Part shown: piece by piece, positions 16,544 to 26,753 of the stretch
Position numbering within the stretch: position 1 is the first letter of the stretch
How the letters are laid out: each line of letters opens with the position of its first letter
Virus record (IMG/VR): IMGVR_UViG_3300049273_000019
Coordinates: 1-58,890 of that record
Direction: 5' to 3' (one strand)
DNA from: a virus
Lineage: Duplodnaviria > Caudoviricetes
Length of the DNA stretch: 58,890 nucleotides
The notes under the pieces: model-generated
Database searches by the model: none
What the model was told of the DNA's origin: nothing
Seen by the model: the letters and a program-made list of their open reading frames with translations, nothing else
Program-made: the position numbers and the translations under genes

Positions 16544-16679
16544 GCGATCACCCCCTTGACCAGGTTGGGTAGGCCCGCCGCCGTGCGGATGCTCCGCAAT
16601 AGGTCCCGGACTGGTCGCTGGAGTTCACAGCGGAGCCGCGCCGTTTGACGCCTACGCGTCAGTGGTCGGCGCGGTCAGG

Positions 16680-17108
16680 TCACGGGGTTGGTCGCTGGAG
16701 CTCGCAGCGGAGGACCTGCTCCCACACCAGCGACCCAGACTCGACGTCGACAACCCGCATCACGGCGTCGGCCAGGATCCCGCTGGTGGCGGCTGTGACA
16801 CGCACCTGGTCACCGGGCCGGGGTGCGACCGGACCGAGCGGGATGGTGACCTGGTAATCGCCGATCCCAACCTCACGCTCCCCGAACGGCTGATGCGTGA
16901 CGGTCTTCGTGGTGCGCTGCACCCGGCACGCACCCGTGTAAATCACCGGCGGGTCGCCGTACGTGGATTGGCGGAGTGTTTCGCTGTACCCGGCCGGGGC
17001 ATCGCCCGGGCGGGTGATCTCGCAGGTGGCCGTCATCGCGCCTTCGGGAACACCACGGTGGTGGTCCTCCCACCCAGCGGGGATGACCCGCGAGTTCGGC
17101 AACGGCAC
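16680..17108 (-). CDS. Head closure protein (DUF6093-like)
   Basis: MTATCEITRP, IYTGACRVQ, PGDQVRV. Confidence 0.75.
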   Translation of the reverse strand: MPLPNSRVIPAGWEDHHRGVPEGAMTATCEITRPGDAPAGYSETLRQSTYGDPPVIYTGACRVQRTTKTVTHQPFGEREVGIGDYQVTIPLGPVAPRPGDQVRVTAATSGILADAVMRVVDVESGSLVWEQVLRCELQRPTP

Positions 17109-17122
17109 CGCGCGCCCCTCCC

Positions 17123-17479
17123 CTACTCCGCGAGTTCCGCCGTGGACCACCAAGCGGACGGGTCAAAGTCCACAATGTCGATCCCGGCCGGGGACGCTTC
17201 TCTGTCGGCCTGGTCGCGGAGCGCGACGGCTCGCTCCCGCAGTTCTTTCGCTACGGCCGGCCCGTCCGTTTGCAGGTCCTGGGTACGAATCTTCTTGGAG
17301 ACCAAGGCTTCGTTGGACGCGAGGGTTTCCAACGCCAGCGCGGCGGCGGCCTTCACCACGCCGCCCTCCAGGTTGAGGAACGCCTGGATTTCCACGTCGG
17401 TGAAGGTGAAGCTGCCCTCGGTGGTGTCGGCGATCAGCAGCCGCACCTGCCCGACAGATGTTTCCAGGTCGATCGGCAC
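17123..17479 (-). CDS. Head-tail adaptor
   Basis: GQVRLLIADT, FTDVEIQAFL, IRTQDLQTDG. Confidence 0.8.
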   Translation of the reverse strand: MPIDLETSVGQVRLLIADTTEGSFTFTDVEIQAFLNLEGGVVKAAAALALETLASNEALVSKKIRTQDLQTDGPAVAKELRERAVALRDQADREASPAGIDIVDFDPSAWWSTAELAE

Positions 17480-17555
17480 CCGTCACCACCTCCCTCGCGA
17501 TTGCGGTGGGGTCCCGGCCCCGGATTCCGGGACCCCACACGCCGCGCCAGCCCCG

Positions 17556-17864
17556 CTACGTGCTGGCGCTCTTCCCCCTGGCCCGCCGTGTGCCCCGCTC
17601 GGCGGCCTTCATGGTGGTCTTCTTCGCCGGCTTACGGCCGGCCGGTTTCGGCACCGGTTCCTTGACCGGTTCCGGGGCTTGGTCCTCGGGGGTTGTGGCG
17701 AGAGGAGCTGGTTCCCGCACCTCTACCGGCTCTCCCCCATCCGCGGTCGGCTCCCCCTGCGTGGGAGCGGGCAGGCGGTCTCGGATATCCCGCAACACGT
17801 CGAGGATGTCCTCCTGACCCGCGAGCATCTGCCCCAACAGGACGTCGTTCTGATCGGTCGCCAC
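17556..17864 (-). CDS. Hypothetical protein after major capsid
   Basis: In operon; Pro/Lys-rich tail. Confidence 0.6.
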   Translation of the reverse strand: MATDQNDVLLGQMLAGQEDILDVLRDIRDRLPAPTQGEPTADGGEPVEVREPAPLATTPEDQAPEPVKEPVPKPAGRKPAKKTTMKAAERGTRRARGKSAST

Positions 17865-17866
17865 GA

Positions 17867-19045
17867 CTACAGCGCCGCCGTGGTCCCGTCGCTGGCCACA
17901 GCCATCTTCGGGTCCATCAACGTGCCGCCGACGACGTGCCGCACCTTGTACTCAATCGAGTCGGTGTCGAAGTCGCCCTCCGTCGGGTTGATCAGCCCAC
18001 CGCCGACCCGCATCGCATTCGGCGTCTTGACGAACGTCGCCGGCTGCTCGTTGCCCCGCAGGAAACCCACCTCCATCGCGGGCCGACCCCGGCCCGGGTC
18101 GGCCGCCAAGTACCAGCTCGTGTCGCCGTTCGCGGTGGCGGCGAGGATGGGCAGCCACGGGTTCACCAGGATCCGCAACCGGTTCTTCAGCCAGTTGTTT
18201 GACCGGACCACCCGGCCGCTGACCTCGGTGAACTCAATATCCACCGCGTTGATGATGTTGTTCGCCGTCACCTCCAGAGCCGGGGGCACGACCAGGTGCA
18301 TCATCTCGATGTAGATGGGGTTCCCGTCGGGGTCCCGCTGCTTCGACACCTTGGTGAAGGCCTCTTGGAGACTCCCCGTCGACAATTTCGCGGTCATGAT
18401 GTTGCCGTTACCGGCCGTGAAAAACGCCGTGTTCGGACCCGACACACCCGCGTACAGCGCGGTCGCGAACCGCTCCTCGGTACGCCTGGCCGCTGCGGCG
18501 AGGACGTTCGGGGATTCCCGGAACGCGTCCAAGTCGTCGTTGACGAAGTCTTCCCACGAGAACGGCATCCGCCGGCCGTACTTCTCGGCGGCGTACTCGT
18601 ACTTGCCTTCGACCCGTCCGGCCGCCGGGTACTCCTGCACCTGGCCAACCTTGTCGAGGACCGCACCGCCACCGTCCATCGTGAAACGCTTGACCTTCCG
18701 GAAGTCGCGGACGGTGCCGCGCCGGGCGATCTGCTGCCACGCGACTGGCCACTCGTCGTACGCGGCCAGGAGCTGGCGGTCCAGCACGTCCCCGAACAAC
18801 AACGGGAAGTCGCTGGTGGTCATGGCCTCTTGGAAGCGGTGCATCGCCAGGTACGACCCGCCGAGGACGTCCTGGTAGAGGTGCACGGTTTCCAGGAGCG
18901 CCTGGCGGTATCGGGGGTTGTCGGTGCGGCGGCGGCCGACGCGGATGCCTTCGCCCGCGAACACGCGGTTGGAGTCGAATCCCGTGGTCGAGCTGTATGA
19001 CTCGACCAAATCCAGGAAGGTCGGAGTTTCGAGAAGAGTGGTCAT
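17867..19045 (-). CDS. Major capsid protein (Mu gpT-like, HK97 fold)
   Basis: EAMTTSDFPLL, KYGRRMPFSWE.FVNDDL, LVVPPALE, FDTDSIEYKVRH. Confidence 0.93.
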   Translation of the reverse strand: MTTLLETPTFLDLVESYSSTTGFDSNRVFAGEGIRVGRRRTDNPRYRQALLETVHLYQDVLGGSYLAMHRFQEAMTTSDFPLLFGDVLDRQLLAAYDEWPVAWQQIARRGTVRDFRKVKRFTMDGGGAVLDKVGQVQEYPAAGRVEGKYEYAAEKYGRRMPFSWEDFVNDDLDAFRESPNVLAAAARRTEERFATALYAGVSGPNTAFFTAGNGNIMTAKLSTGSLQEAFTKVSKQRDPDGNPIYIEMMHLVVPPALEVTANNIINAVDIEFTEVSGRVVRSNNWLKNRLRILVNPWLPILAATANGDTSWYLAADPGRGRPAMEVGFLRGNEQPATFVKTPNAMRVGGGLINPTEGDFDTDSIEYKVRHVVGGTLMDPKMAVASDGTTAAL

Positions 19046-19055
19046 CTGGTGCTCC

Positions 19056-19409
19056 TCAGTATCCGATCTTCACTTGGATCTTGGTCTGTGCGCCGGACGC
19101 GACAGCAGCAAGGGCGTACCCGAACCGCTTCCCCGCCGTGTTCACGTTGAGCTTGGGCGTCGCGGCCGCGTTGTAGTAGACGATGTCGCCGGCCGCGATC
19201 GCGGTGTTCGCGGTGCCGTTGTGCCCATGCACCGTCAGCTCAGCCACGCCGTTCGTCTTCACGGTGGTGATGCCGTCGGCGCGTTCGTCGGTGAGCGCGA
19301 CACCGGGCAGGTTCCCGAAAAGCACCGGGTCACCTGACGCGGGGGTTGCCGGATCCGTCACCGCGAGGGGGATCTGGACACCCTCGTCATAGATGATGTT
19401 CTTCGCCAT
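19056..19409 (-). CDS. Capsid cement/decoration protein (DUF2190-like)
   Basis: MAKN..., SGDPV..G.LPGVALTD, FGYAL. Confidence 0.85.
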   Translation of the reverse strand: MAKNIIYDEGVQIPLAVTDPATPASGDPVLFGNLPGVALTDERADGITTVKTNGVAELTVHGHNGTANTAIAAGDIVYYNAAATPKLNVNTAGKRFGYALAAVASGAQTKIQVKIGY

Positions 19410-19410
19410 G

Positions 19411-20955
19411 TCACATACGTCCCTTCGCGGCGCGCGTAGCTGCGCTCTCCGACAGGCCGAGGCTGCTGAACGCACCAGCCAGCTGCTTCTCCAGGTCCGC
19501 TTCGGACGGGCCTTGAGTGCCAGTGCTGCCGAGGCCGCGTACCGAGCCGACGCCCTGGGCTTCGAGTAACGCCGCCGCGTAGGTGGACTCGGCCTCGATC
19601 GCGGCGGTGATCTGCGCGGTCAGCGCGTCACCGTCGACCTCACCGGATTCGGTGAGCGGCACGCGGCCGATGACCCGGTCGCTGATCCTGGGCACAAGCA
19701 GCGGCCGGACATGAGCCGGCACGTTCGACTCATCCAGCGCGGTGGTGATCTGTTCCCTGGCGGTGTTGTCAGCGCGGAGTTGCCGTACCTCCGCCAAGGC
19801 CTGCGCTTCGCGGGCTTCGGCCGCTTCACGCTGCCGCTGGGCAGCGGCCAGGGCCTGCGCACGGGATTCAGCGGCGTCCCGCTCGGACCGGGCGAGCGCG
19901 AGCTGCGCCTCGGTCGCGGTGGTCGGCGTTGGGGTGGTGTCGGGCCCGCCGGCGGCGGGCGTGCTGTTCTGCCCGGTGGTCACCGGGTTGCTGGCCGGCG
20001 CCTGGCCGGTCGGGTGTGACATGGATTCCTCCGTGGTGAGAGATGCGGACGACGCCGGCGGTGTCTCCCCGCCGCCGGTCGTGCCCGTGGTGCTCGTACT
20101 GGTGCTGGTCTCGGCGGCCGCAGCGGCGACCGGTGTGGCTTGGGGTTCGTCCCACAGGTCCCGCTGGTACAGCTGAGGGACGTTGGTTTCCAGGTGCGCG
20201 GTGAACGCAGTCAGCGCGTTGCCGATGCCGGTGGAGAGCGCGATGCGTTCGTCGCGGGTGAGCCGACCGTCGCCGTACATGTGGTCTGCGAGTTCGGTGA
20301 AGGCGAGATGTAGCCGGGCTTCGAACCACTGGCCGACGTTCCGCGCTTCGCGAGCCTCGCCGGCGGATTCGAGGACCTCCATGACTCGGCCGCCCCGACC
20401 GGCGCGGGTGACGAAGTCGACGGAGATACCTCGTTCCAGCTTGTCGATGATCATTCCGGTGCGGCCGTCGGCTTCGCCGTGGTGACCGGTGGCCAGGGCA
20501 CGGATGGACACGCCGATCGCGTCAGCCTTCTCGTTGATCGCGGGGGCGTGTTCCCCGAACACACGGGCGGTAGCCACCAGGCCGCCGGATCGCGCGTCCC
20601 AGGTTGCGTTGTCCTCCAGGACGGCGGCGAGATCCCGTACCGACCGTTCCGGGCGTTCCGTTTCCTCGGTGTCGGTGGGGTGGTCCAGGTACATGTGTGT
20701 GCCGGCTGGCCACACCCTGTCCCGGCCCGCCTGTTGGAGGACCTCGCGGGAGTAGTAGCCGGTGGCTCCCCATCCGGGGGTGATGAGCAGGACCCGGCGG
20801 CGCACGCCAGCACCGTCGCCGGCCGGCTCGAAGAGGCGGCCGGTGACGGTTTCCGTGATCGATACCTGCGTCGTGCTGTCGACGGTGTGCTCGATGACGG
20901 TCGCCGACTCTCCGACTCGGAATGTTGGTGTGCCGTTGCGGCGGCGCTTGCCCAT
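19411..20955 (-). CDS. Capsid maturation protease/scaffold fusion
   Basis: YLDHPT..E..RPERSVRDL, GVSI, SVDFVTRAGRGG; coiled-coil C-terminus. Confidence 0.85.
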   Translation of the reverse strand: MGKRRRNGTPTFRVGESATVIEHTVDSTTQVSITETVTGRLFEPAGDGAGVRRRVLLITPGWGATGYYSREVLQQAGRDRVWPAGTHMYLDHPTDTEETERPERSVRDLAAVLEDNATWDARSGGLVATARVFGEHAPAINEKADAIGVSIRALATGHHGEADGRTGMIIDKLERGISVDFVTRAGRGGRVMEVLESAGEAREARNVGQWFEARLHLAFTELADHMYGDGRLTRDERIALSTGIGNALTAFTAHLETNVPQLYQRDLWDEPQATPVAAAAAETSTSTSTTGTTGGGETPPASSASLTTEESMSHPTGQAPASNPVTTGQNSTPAAGGPDTTPTPTTATEAQLALARSERDAAESRAQALAAAQRQREAAEAREAQALAEVRQLRADNTAREQITTALDESNVPAHVRPLLVPRISDRVIGRVPLTESGEVDGDALTAQITAAIEAESTYAAALLEAQGVGSVRGLGSTGTQGPSEADLEKQLAGAFSSLGLSESAATRAAKGRM

Positions 20956-21064
20956 AACGGGGCCTCCCAGGGGCCGAATGGAAAGTGAGATAGGACGGAC
21001 GCCTCATGGCACTGACCGGAGTGATCTCATACGGTGGCGACCTGTTCACTGCCTGGAGGCATCG

Positions 21065-21550
21065 ATGACCGACACACCATCGGCCGTTCGGAAATCCCTT
21101 AGCCCACTCGTGATCGCTTTGGCGGCGCTCGTCATCTCGCTGGCCGTGGCCGCAATCGTCCTCGTGCGACTCATCGGAGACTCGGACCCGACGAGGACGG
21201 TGTTCCAGCATCCAGACTTCGACGTGTACGGATCGATCGAACTCAACGACGGTTACAACAAGTGGGAGCCGGATACCCCGTGCGCTGCGAAGTCGGGCTA
21301 CGACGACGTCCAGGAAGGAACCGAGGTGGTTATCAGCGACGCGGCCGGCACGACGTTGGCAGTCGGTCAACTTGAGGCGGGGAAGGTCGTACGCAGTGAG
21401 GCTGGATTCAACGTGTGCGAGTTCAGGTTTCAGGTCTCGGGTGTCCCAGGTGGACACTCCACATATCGTGTCGAGATTTCTGATCGAGGCGATTTCCACT
21501 ACAACCAAGATGAAATGACACGTGGGGTCGTCCTATACCTCGGTTTCTGA
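21065..21550 (+). CDS. Membrane-anchored extracytoplasmic protein (antisense moron)
   Basis: ATG 21065 after GGAGG; N-terminal TM; GYDDV..G..V.I.DAAG, C.F.F.V.GVP, Y.VEIS.RG. Confidence 0.8.
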   Translation: MTDTPSAVRKSLSPLVIALAALVISLAVAAIVLVRLIGDSDPTRTVFQHPDFDVYGSIELNDGYNKWEPDTPCAAKSGYDDVQEGTEVVISDAAGTTLAVGQLEAGKVVRSEAGFNVCEFRFQVSGVPGGHSTYRVEISDRGDFHYNQDEMTRGVVLYLGF

Positions 21551-21554
21551 CCAC

Positions 21555-22610
21555 TCACGCTGCGATATCGCGGATCGGGCGGGGTATGTACGAGTCCCGC
21601 CACGCGGCGGTGGAGCGGCGCACCGCAAGCTGATCCCAGGTCATCCGCCCGCTCTTCAAGGCTTCCAGCCGGCCCGGCCCCATAATCGCGGCCTGCTGCT
21701 CCTCAGGCAGCGCCCAGAACCGGACCTGTGCGTCGGGGATCAAGTCCGGTGGCTCCTTGACCTGGAGTCCCAGTTCAGCCCAGCTCTTCGTCTTCGGGGC
21801 GCGGGTGCAGCGGCCCTGCTGGTGGTCCAGCGGCCCGGGTTCGTAAGCGGGGTGGACGGTGCCATGCATCCCCCAACAAGCCGGGCAGGTCCGACCCGAT
21901 AACGCGCTGATCCACACCCAGCCAGCGATGACGTCCTGGTTGGCCTGGTGGGTGTACGCGGCGGTGGCCCGGTACGCGTCGAGGGTTTCAGTGCGGGCGA
22001 TGACCATTGCCCGGGTGAGTCCGCCGTTGAACCCGCCCTCGACCCGCTTGAGCATCTCTCGCGCGGTCACACGCGGGTTGCGGCCCAACGCGACGCCGCG
22101 GACGAGTTCGCGGCGTACCGCGTCGCCGGCGTCGCGGGACAGCGGCCTGGTGGTGGAGGTGATCTGTTGCGTAGTGCGGCCGACGATCAGCTCCAGCGCG
22201 GATGGTTGGAGGCGCTGGGCGAACGTCTTGGTCGCGGCGGCGATCTCCCCGGGTGGGAGCTGGGTGGCGAGGATCCGCGGTTCGATGTCCACCGTGGTAT
22301 CGACCGCACCGGTGGCAACGGTGGTGACCTCGGTGACCGTTGCGGCGGCGAGCGCGGTGAGGGCCTGGTCGCTGGTTTCCAGCGCCACCTGCAGGCGGTG
22401 AATCCGCGCGAGTTCCCACGCGTAGGGCCACCTGCCGAGATGGAACGCGAGGGTGACGATGTCGGTGATCGCGTCGGCCATCGCCTGGTCGAGGTCATCA
22501 ACCGCGGCGACCCATGCCCGGGTGAGGTTGCGTACCGCCTGGTCGGCCGCGACGCCGATCGAATTGCGGAGCTGGCGGATCAGCCGCAGGGTGTCACGTC
22601 GGATCGCCAC
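21555..22610 (-). CDS. Minor head protein (MuF/SPP1 gp7-like)
   Basis: RAMVIARTE, RTCPACWGMHG, DHQQGRC. Confidence 0.88.
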   Translation of the reverse strand: MAIRRDTLRLIRQLRNSIGVAADQAVRNLTRAWVAAVDDLDQAMADAITDIVTLAFHLGRWPYAWELARIHRLQVALETSDQALTALAAATVTEVTTVATGAVDTTVDIEPRILATQLPPGEIAAATKTFAQRLQPSALELIVGRTTQQITSTTRPLSRDAGDAVRRELVRGVALGRNPRVTAREMLKRVEGGFNGGLTRAMVIARTETLDAYRATAAYTHQANQDVIAGWVWISALSGRTCPACWGMHGTVHPAYEPGPLDHQQGRCTRAPKTKSWAELGLQVKEPPDLIPDAQVRFWALPEEQQAAIMGPGRLEALKSGRMTWDQLAVRRSTAAWRDSYIPRPIRDIAA

Positions 22611-22917
22611 AGCAGGTCCCGACCCCGTCCGGTGGCGGTGTGCGCAGTTCGGTGAGCCGTTCCACCATTCGAGGGACCAGTGCGCCGTTCACCTGGTCGG
22701 TGACCAGCTTGCCGGCTGCTGCATCGCGGACGTACACCCGATGACGGATCACGTCAGCGCCGTCGACGTGTTCGACGGTGATGGGCTCACTCATCGGCAC
22801 GTCGTAAGGGTCCACGCCGTTGCTACACAGCCAGTCACCGACAACGTCGGCCTGGTAAAACGGGATCGGCGCGTCCATGCGCCACATCACTGGAGTTGGT
22901 CCCGGCCACTTCCTCAC
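22594..22917 (-). CDS. Hypothetical protein
   Basis: Overlaps both neighbours between portal and MuF. Confidence 0.6.
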   Translation of the reverse strand: MRKWPGPTPVMWRMDAPIPFYQADVVGDWLCSNGVDPYDVPMSEPITVEHVDGADVIRHRVYVRDAAAGKLVTDQVNGALVPRMVERLTELRTPPPDGVGTCCGDPT

Positions 22918-24569
22918 CCGCCTTCCTCGTCCGGGTCCCCCGGATCGTCCAGGTCGTCATCCGGGTCGTCGTCGGCCATCCGGCCCATGCCCGCGTCAGC
23001 AGGATCGCCACCACCCCGATCCAGCCCGGCAGCCTGACCGCCTGGACCGCCGAGCGGCGGCGGTACCGGCCACAGGAACGTCCCGTCGTCGTCGGTCATC
23101 CGGGCGATGACCTGGTCCGTGTCCCGCACACCCAGCGCGGTCAGCAGCAGGCGGAGGACCAGGTCCGGTGGCACGGTCCCGGTGCCGGCCGCCTCGACCA
23201 CGGCCTTCACGACCGTCGCCGGATCGACATCGTCGAGGTCGGGGAAGGTGACGTCGATGGTGGTGTCGCCGCCGCCCGCGAGGGTTAGCGTTTCGCGGCC
23301 GTACTCGTCCCGGCGGAGGCTCCCCCGCAACGGACCCTGCGGCGCCCGCACGGCTTCGCGCACGACATACCGGCACAGCCGTTGGATCGCTTCGGTCCAC
23401 ACCTCACGACGCATGCCCATCGCGAGCTCGGTGGGCTGGTCGAGGGTCTCGGCTACGGCACGGGCACCGGTCTGTCCGGGGTCGGAGAGCAGCATGGTGA
23501 CCGGGACGTCGAGGGCGGCGGCGACCATCATCGCGAGGGGCCGGCCTGACTCCGAGTCCAATGTGGCGCCGGACTTGGAGACGGCCTCCAGTCTGGAGCC
23601 GGGGTTGAGCAGCGCGGTCGCCCCGGCCGCGTTCGGCTCCCCCGTAGCCGGGTTGGCGGACGGCGCGGCGGCGATCTTCGCCCTCGCCTGCGCTTGCGCC
23701 CGGCCCGGGGTGGTGACCGCCCACGCGATCCGCGACAGCGCCCGCATCAACCGCGCCCAGTCAGTCAGGAACTCCCGGTACGCACCGGCCCAGTCGATCG
23801 CCGCGTACGCATCGCCGATCCCGAACCGCCACCCGTCGTCGTCGTTGACCTTCACGTGCAACACCGGGGAGTCCCACCGAACCTCAACATCACCGATGCG
23901 GCGGGGCCGGGCCTGGGGCCGGTAGTCCAGGTCCGGGTAGTACGCCTCACGCGGTGCTGCTGTCGGCCGACCGTCCGCGCCGACGGTTTCCTCGACCCAC
24001 CGCCGCAGGTAGTACCAGGGTTCGGACCGGTCATCAGGGTTGCGGATGATGTCAGCGACCTCGTCGAATGGCAGGGTGCGAACCTGGACCTTGCCGGTGC
24101 GGGGCAGGGTGAACGCGGCGAGGAACCAGTTCCCGTCCGTGAACAACGACCTCTCGGCGCGTTGTTGGGCGACGCTGCCGGTGAACGACCGGGCGTTCCC
24201 CTCGTCGTCCCAGAACTCCTGCACCACGGTGTTGACGTCCTGGTCGCCGTCGTCGCTGCCGGTCGCGCGGGCGGTGACCTCCACGCCCTGGCCCCACACG
24301 TACGCGGTCCTCAACCCAAGGCCCCGCTTGATCAGCGGGTGCTTGATCGCGTACAGGCGGCATCCGGCGGCGATCTGACGGAGCCCGTCGCGGCTGAACT
24401 CCAGGTCGGCCTGGGCGAAGAGCCGCTGCCACCCGGGCTCAGACAATCGGGCTTCGAGTTCGGCGATGGACTCGCGGAGCAGTTCGACGTTGTTCCGTTC
24501 GGCGGTGACCTGCTCTCGCAACTCTGTGACCTCGGTGGCGGTGGCGGGTCGGGCGAACGGATTGCGCAC
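22914..24569 (-). CDS. Portal protein
   Basis: 551 aa after terminase; HPLIKRG, DGNWF, GARAVAETLD.PT. Confidence 0.88.
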   Translation of the reverse strand: MRNPFARPATATEVTELREQVTAERNNVELLRESIAELEARLSEPGWQRLFAQADLEFSRDGLRQIAAGCRLYAIKHPLIKRGLGLRTAYVWGQGVEVTARATGSDDGDQDVNTVVQEFWDDEGNARSFTGSVAQQRAERSLFTDGNWFLAAFTLPRTGKVQVRTLPFDEVADIIRNPDDRSEPWYYLRRWVEETVGADGRPTAAPREAYYPDLDYRPQARPRRIGDVEVRWDSPVLHVKVNDDDGWRFGIGDAYAAIDWAGAYREFLTDWARLMRALSRIAWAVTTPGRAQAQARAKIAAAPSANPATGEPNAAGATALLNPGSRLEAVSKSGATLDSESGRPLAMMVAAALDVPVTMLLSDPGQTGARAVAETLDQPTELAMGMRREVWTEAIQRLCRYVVREAVRAPQGPLRGSLRRDEYGRETLTLAGGGDTTIDVTFPDLDDVDPATVVKAVVEAAGTGTVPPDLVLRLLLTALGVRDTDQVIARMTDDDGTFLWPVPPPLGGPGGQAAGLDRGGGDPADAGMGRMADDDPDDDLDDPGDPDEEGG

Positions 24570-24628
24570 TGGCGTACCTCCGATTCCCGATACTGTGTCC
24601 GCCAGAACTGACGTGAATCGAGGCGCGT

Positions 24629-25237
24629 ATGCCGATCATCGTCACCGCGGTCGAGTGGGGTACGGCGCCCGACTGGGTGGCAGCAGTGGGCAGTGTTGGC
24701 GCCATGTTCCTGGTGGGTGGCGGCCTGCTCTGGGAAGTTCATCGGCGCCGGGTCGACGATGAGCGATTGGCGGTTGAGCGTCGCGACGACGAAGCCTCAC
24801 AGGCTCGACTCGTCACCCTCCAAGCAGAGGGGCATCCGGCGACGGATTGGCGGGGCGATCCGTTAGGTGGCGATCCGTTGAATGGTGTCACTGCCGTGGA
24901 AGTCACGGTGACCAACGACAGCAGTGCGCCGATTCTCAACCTCGATCTACGTGAGCTGCGGTTCGCTGCCGACGACGTGGACTACTCCGGCCAAGCGGCT
25001 ACGTCCGACTCCCGCATGCACCTTCGACTTGCTGCCCACTCCAACTGGACGGCAAGTTTCCACTTCAGCTCACCGCGTCCACTGTCGGAAGGACCCCGCT
25101 ACCGGTACCAGCTTGAATTCACCGATGCTCACGGCCGGCGGTGGCGTCGCCGTGGGACTGAGCAACCCGTCAGAGTCATCAACGCACCAGCGGTGACTCC
25201 CGACAACCGCGACGAAGGCGACCTCCAACCGACCTGA
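24629..25237 (+). CDS. Single-pass membrane protein (antisense moron between terL and portal)
   Basis: WGTAPDWVAAVGSVGA TM; SQARLV; FTDAHGRRWRR. Confidence 0.75.
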   Translation: MPIIVTAVEWGTAPDWVAAVGSVGAMFLVGGGLLWEVHRRRVDDERLAVERRDDEASQARLVTLQAEGHPATDWRGDPLGGDPLNGVTAVEVTVTNDSSAPILNLDLRELRFAADDVDYSGQAATSDSRMHLRLAAHSNWTASFHFSSPRPLSEGPRYRYQLEFTDAHGRRWRRRGTEQPVRVINAPAVTPDNRDEGDLQPT

Positions 25238-25246
25238 CGCATCGAC

Positions 25247-26698
25247 TTATACCGGACTGATGTCGTAGTCGTCATCCGTCTCGTCCTCCACCACCTCATC
25301 AGGTGGCGGCAGCGTGGCGGCGGTGAGCATCACCGCGTCAGCCCGGTCCGGGGACGGCAGCCCGCGTTTCCGCATGTCGTCCTTGGACTCGATCAACACC
25401 TGACCGCGTGCGGTGAACTTGTACTTGACCGCGCCCAACTGCGCGGCGAGTTCATCGTCGTCGGAGTCCAGGTCGATGTCGCCCTGCTCGAACCGCTCCC
25501 GCAGCCCCCAATACCACTCGGCACGGGCGTTCGCGAAGTGCTCCGAGTCGAGCGCGGCAGCGCCGGCCTGCATGTCCAACACGTCGTGGCCGTCGTCGAG
25601 GAGCTGGTCAACCACACCGCCACCGACGCCGACGCCGTCGACCCGGATCTCGTCTGCTTTGGTTTCGCGCTTCGCGGCGATGACCCTGCCGGTGGTCTGG
25701 GTGGTGGACTGCTTCGACCACTCGCCGTGCAACCTGACCACCGGGCCCCGGCGGAGGTAGATGACCGTGCGATCGGACCCGTACCGGGCGACGTCGACAC
25801 CGAGGATGCACTGGGGCCCTGGTTGGAGGTCGCGTTGCTGTGCGGCGAGGATCAGCGACGGTGGGATCAGAACGTCCTCGCCGATGTCGGGGAAGTCGCC
25901 GAGGACCTTGGACACGTACCGGGGTGATTCTTCGCCCCAACGGTGTTTCTTGTCCTCGACCCACTCGGGGTCGAGCAGCAGTGGCCGCAGGCCGTCCGGC
26001 ACCGGCTCATCGGTGAAGTTCGGGGTGTCGAACGCGGAGATCTGGATGATGGCCCACCCGGACCCGGGCTTGCACACGTTCGCGAACTCGGTGGACGGGT
26101 CGTCGGGGTTCCCGATCGCGAGGATGCGGCAGTCCGCGTTTGTGGTGATCGCCTCGACCGCCGTCCACAACTGGGTGGGGATACCGCATGCCTCGTCGAG
26201 GATGACCAGGACGTAGCGGCGGTGGATGCCCTGGAAACCGTGTTCGTCTGTGTCGGCGGGTTTACGGCCCCAACCGACCAGGGTGCCGTCATCCAGCTTC
26301 CACTCGTCGGATTGCAGCACCCGCCCGGGGAGTGGGTTGCCGGCAGCGTTCGCCTTCTTCGCTGCGCGGCGGATCTCTTCCCACAGGATGCCGTTGACCT
26401 GCTTGTATGTGGGCGCTGTCGAGACGATGAAAGCTTCGCCGGGTGGGTGGGTGTCGACCCACCAGGCGGCGATCCGGGAGGCGATGAACGACTTGCCGGC
26501 GTCGTGGCAGGACTTCACGGCGGTACGCCGGCTCTTGACGACGCTATCGGCGATCTCCTGCTGCTTGGACCACAGGTGTTCCCCGAGCCGGGTCTTGACC
26601 CATCCGACGGGGTCGGTGACGTACGGGGACGGTGGTGGCGGTATCCAGCGGCGGAGGCAGGCTGCCCAGGCGGCGCGGTCGAGGTCGGTGATGGTCAC
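25247..26698 (-). CDS. terL: Terminase large subunit
   Basis: SCHDAGKS Walker A, VILDEA Walker B, IGNP, GVDVARYGSD nuclease motif, SPDRADA. Confidence 0.95.
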   Translation of the reverse strand: MTITDLDRAAWAACLRRWIPPPPSPYVTDPVGWVKTRLGEHLWSKQQEIADSVVKSRRTAVKSCHDAGKSFIASRIAAWWVDTHPPGEAFIVSTAPTYKQVNGILWEEIRRAAKKANAAGNPLPGRVLQSDEWKLDDGTLVGWGRKPADTDEHGFQGIHRRYVLVILDEACGIPTQLWTAVEAITTNADCRILAIGNPDDPSTEFANVCKPGSGWAIIQISAFDTPNFTDEPVPDGLRPLLLDPEWVEDKKHRWGEESPRYVSKVLGDFPDIGEDVLIPPSLILAAQQRDLQPGPQCILGVDVARYGSDRTVIYLRRGPVVRLHGEWSKQSTTQTTGRVIAAKRETKADEIRVDGVGVGGGVVDQLLDDGHDVLDMQAGAAALDSEHFANARAEWYWGLRERFEQGDIDLDSDDDELAAQLGAVKYKFTARGQVLIESKDDMRKRGLPSPDRADAVMLTAATLPPPDEVVEDETDDDYDISPV

Positions 26699-26753
26699 GG
26701 AGGGAGTCGCCTCCCCACCTTCAACCCCTTATTTCACCTAGTATCGTTAAGCC

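Noticed and set aside
11861-18314. Long plus-strand ORFs (e.g. 11861..13720, 16662..18314; likewise 54741..56522)
   Set aside because: Antisense shadows of real minus-strand genes, common at ~70% GC; no motifs.
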